NCBI RefSeq assembly: GCF_009914755.1
Contig: NC_060934.1
Length of the DNA stretch: 64,000 bases
DNA from: the human T2T-CHM13v2.0 reference genome, Homo sapiens
Reading direction: 5' to 3' (one strand)
The translations under genes were made by a program, and so were the position numbers. The notes under the pieces are model-generated. The model searched no databases. It was not told the origin of the DNA and was given only the letters and a program-made list of their open reading frames with translations. This document shows positions 57,044 to 64,000 of the stretch, one piece after another; the first letter of the stretch is position 1, and the number at the start of each line of letters is the position of its first letter.

Positions 57044-57211
57044 ATGGATCCAGCTGTGGCTCTGGTGCTCTGTCTCTCCTGTTTGTTTCTCCTTTCACTC
57101 TGGAGGCAGAGCTCTGGAAGAGGGAGGCTCCTATTTGGCCCTACTCCTCTCCTGATTATTGGAAATATCCTGCAGTTAGATGTTAAGGACATGAGCAAAT
57201 CCTTAACCAAT
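57044..57211 (+). pseudogene. CYP2C115P: Orphan CYP2C18-like exon 1 with intact ATG, frame and GT donor (probably CYP2C115P / CYP2C9-de1b)
   Basis: [56 protein letters not shown] then gtaagt; 168 bp; no exon 2 in the window. Exon is certain, symbol is from memory. Confidence 0.75.
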
Positions 57212-57274
57212 GTAAGTATGCTTTATGCTCCTCTAGTAATGTATAAGGTGTATTTAACCTCACGATTCTTAAAG

Positions 57275-59250
<1,976 letters not shown>

Positions 59251-59650
59251 TCTTTTATAACCTTCTGTATTACTGGAGGCCAGTTATTAAAGTTTATATG
59301 TTATATTAAAGGAACATTCCTCAACATGCCTTCTGTATTAATAGAGGCCAATAATTAAAATATGTTATTGTAAAGCAAATATTTCCTGTGGAGTATTTTT
59401 TTCTTTTATGTGTCATTGTCAGAAATAGTGGAATAAAATAATGCTTTTTGCCAGAAGACAAACATTTGAAGTTGTAAGGTATAATTTGCTTTGCTTCACA
59501 GTCATTTGCTATAATTTTTTTGCCTGAAGAAAACTGGTAATGGAAGTGTTTTGTGATTAGAGATTTTATTTGAGAAGTCAGCCACTATATATGCTATGTA
59601 TTTTGCTTATATTAGCCATGATCATTAAACTTCTTAAAAAAGCAAATCAT

Positions 59651-63954
<4,304 letters not shown>

Positions 63955-64000
63955 GTCTACAGTAACCAAAACAACATGGTCCTGGTACCAAAACAGAGAT
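63955..64000 (+). mobile_element. Start of another L1 ORF2 fragment abutting the poly(A)
   Basis: ctacagtaaccaaaacaacatggtcctggtaccaaaacagagat matches 51067-51109 and 62553-62595. Confidence 0.85.

Noticed and set aside
59261-59370. Imperfect ~45-bp direct repeat (CCTTCTGTATTA...GAGGCCA...ATATGTTAT)
   Set aside because: Old local duplication in intron-like sequence with no sign of function.

Overview
Human (or very close primate) DNA from the CYP2C cluster. It holds the 3' end of CYP2C19 on the + strand (exon 8 at 1056-1197, exon 9 at 3860-4041, then 3'UTR) followed by about 57 kb of retroelement-dense intergenic DNA towards CYP2C9. The intergenic part has three gene relics. The first is an inverted three-exon CYP2C pseudogene with its promoter (probably CYP2C58P, about 17.0-26.4 kb, - strand). 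The second is an RPL7A processed pseudogene (33.7-34.5 kb). The third is an orphan CYP2C18-like exon 1 (57044-57211, + strand) with intact ATG, frame and splice donor plus about 3.4 kb of promoter, placed so it could splice into the next CYP2C gene. The rest is L1, Alu and LTR sequence. Unusual structures: an L1 3'-transduction with TSD in CYP2C19 intron 7; an 8.8-kb tail-less +/-/+ L1 composite whose 3-kb inverted arms share private mutations; two internally deleted L1s, one making an in-frame ORF1-RT fusion; and a near-consensus AluYa5. I see no wholly new gene system. Gene names, repeat subfamilies and consensus comparisons are from recognition and memory, not database searches.
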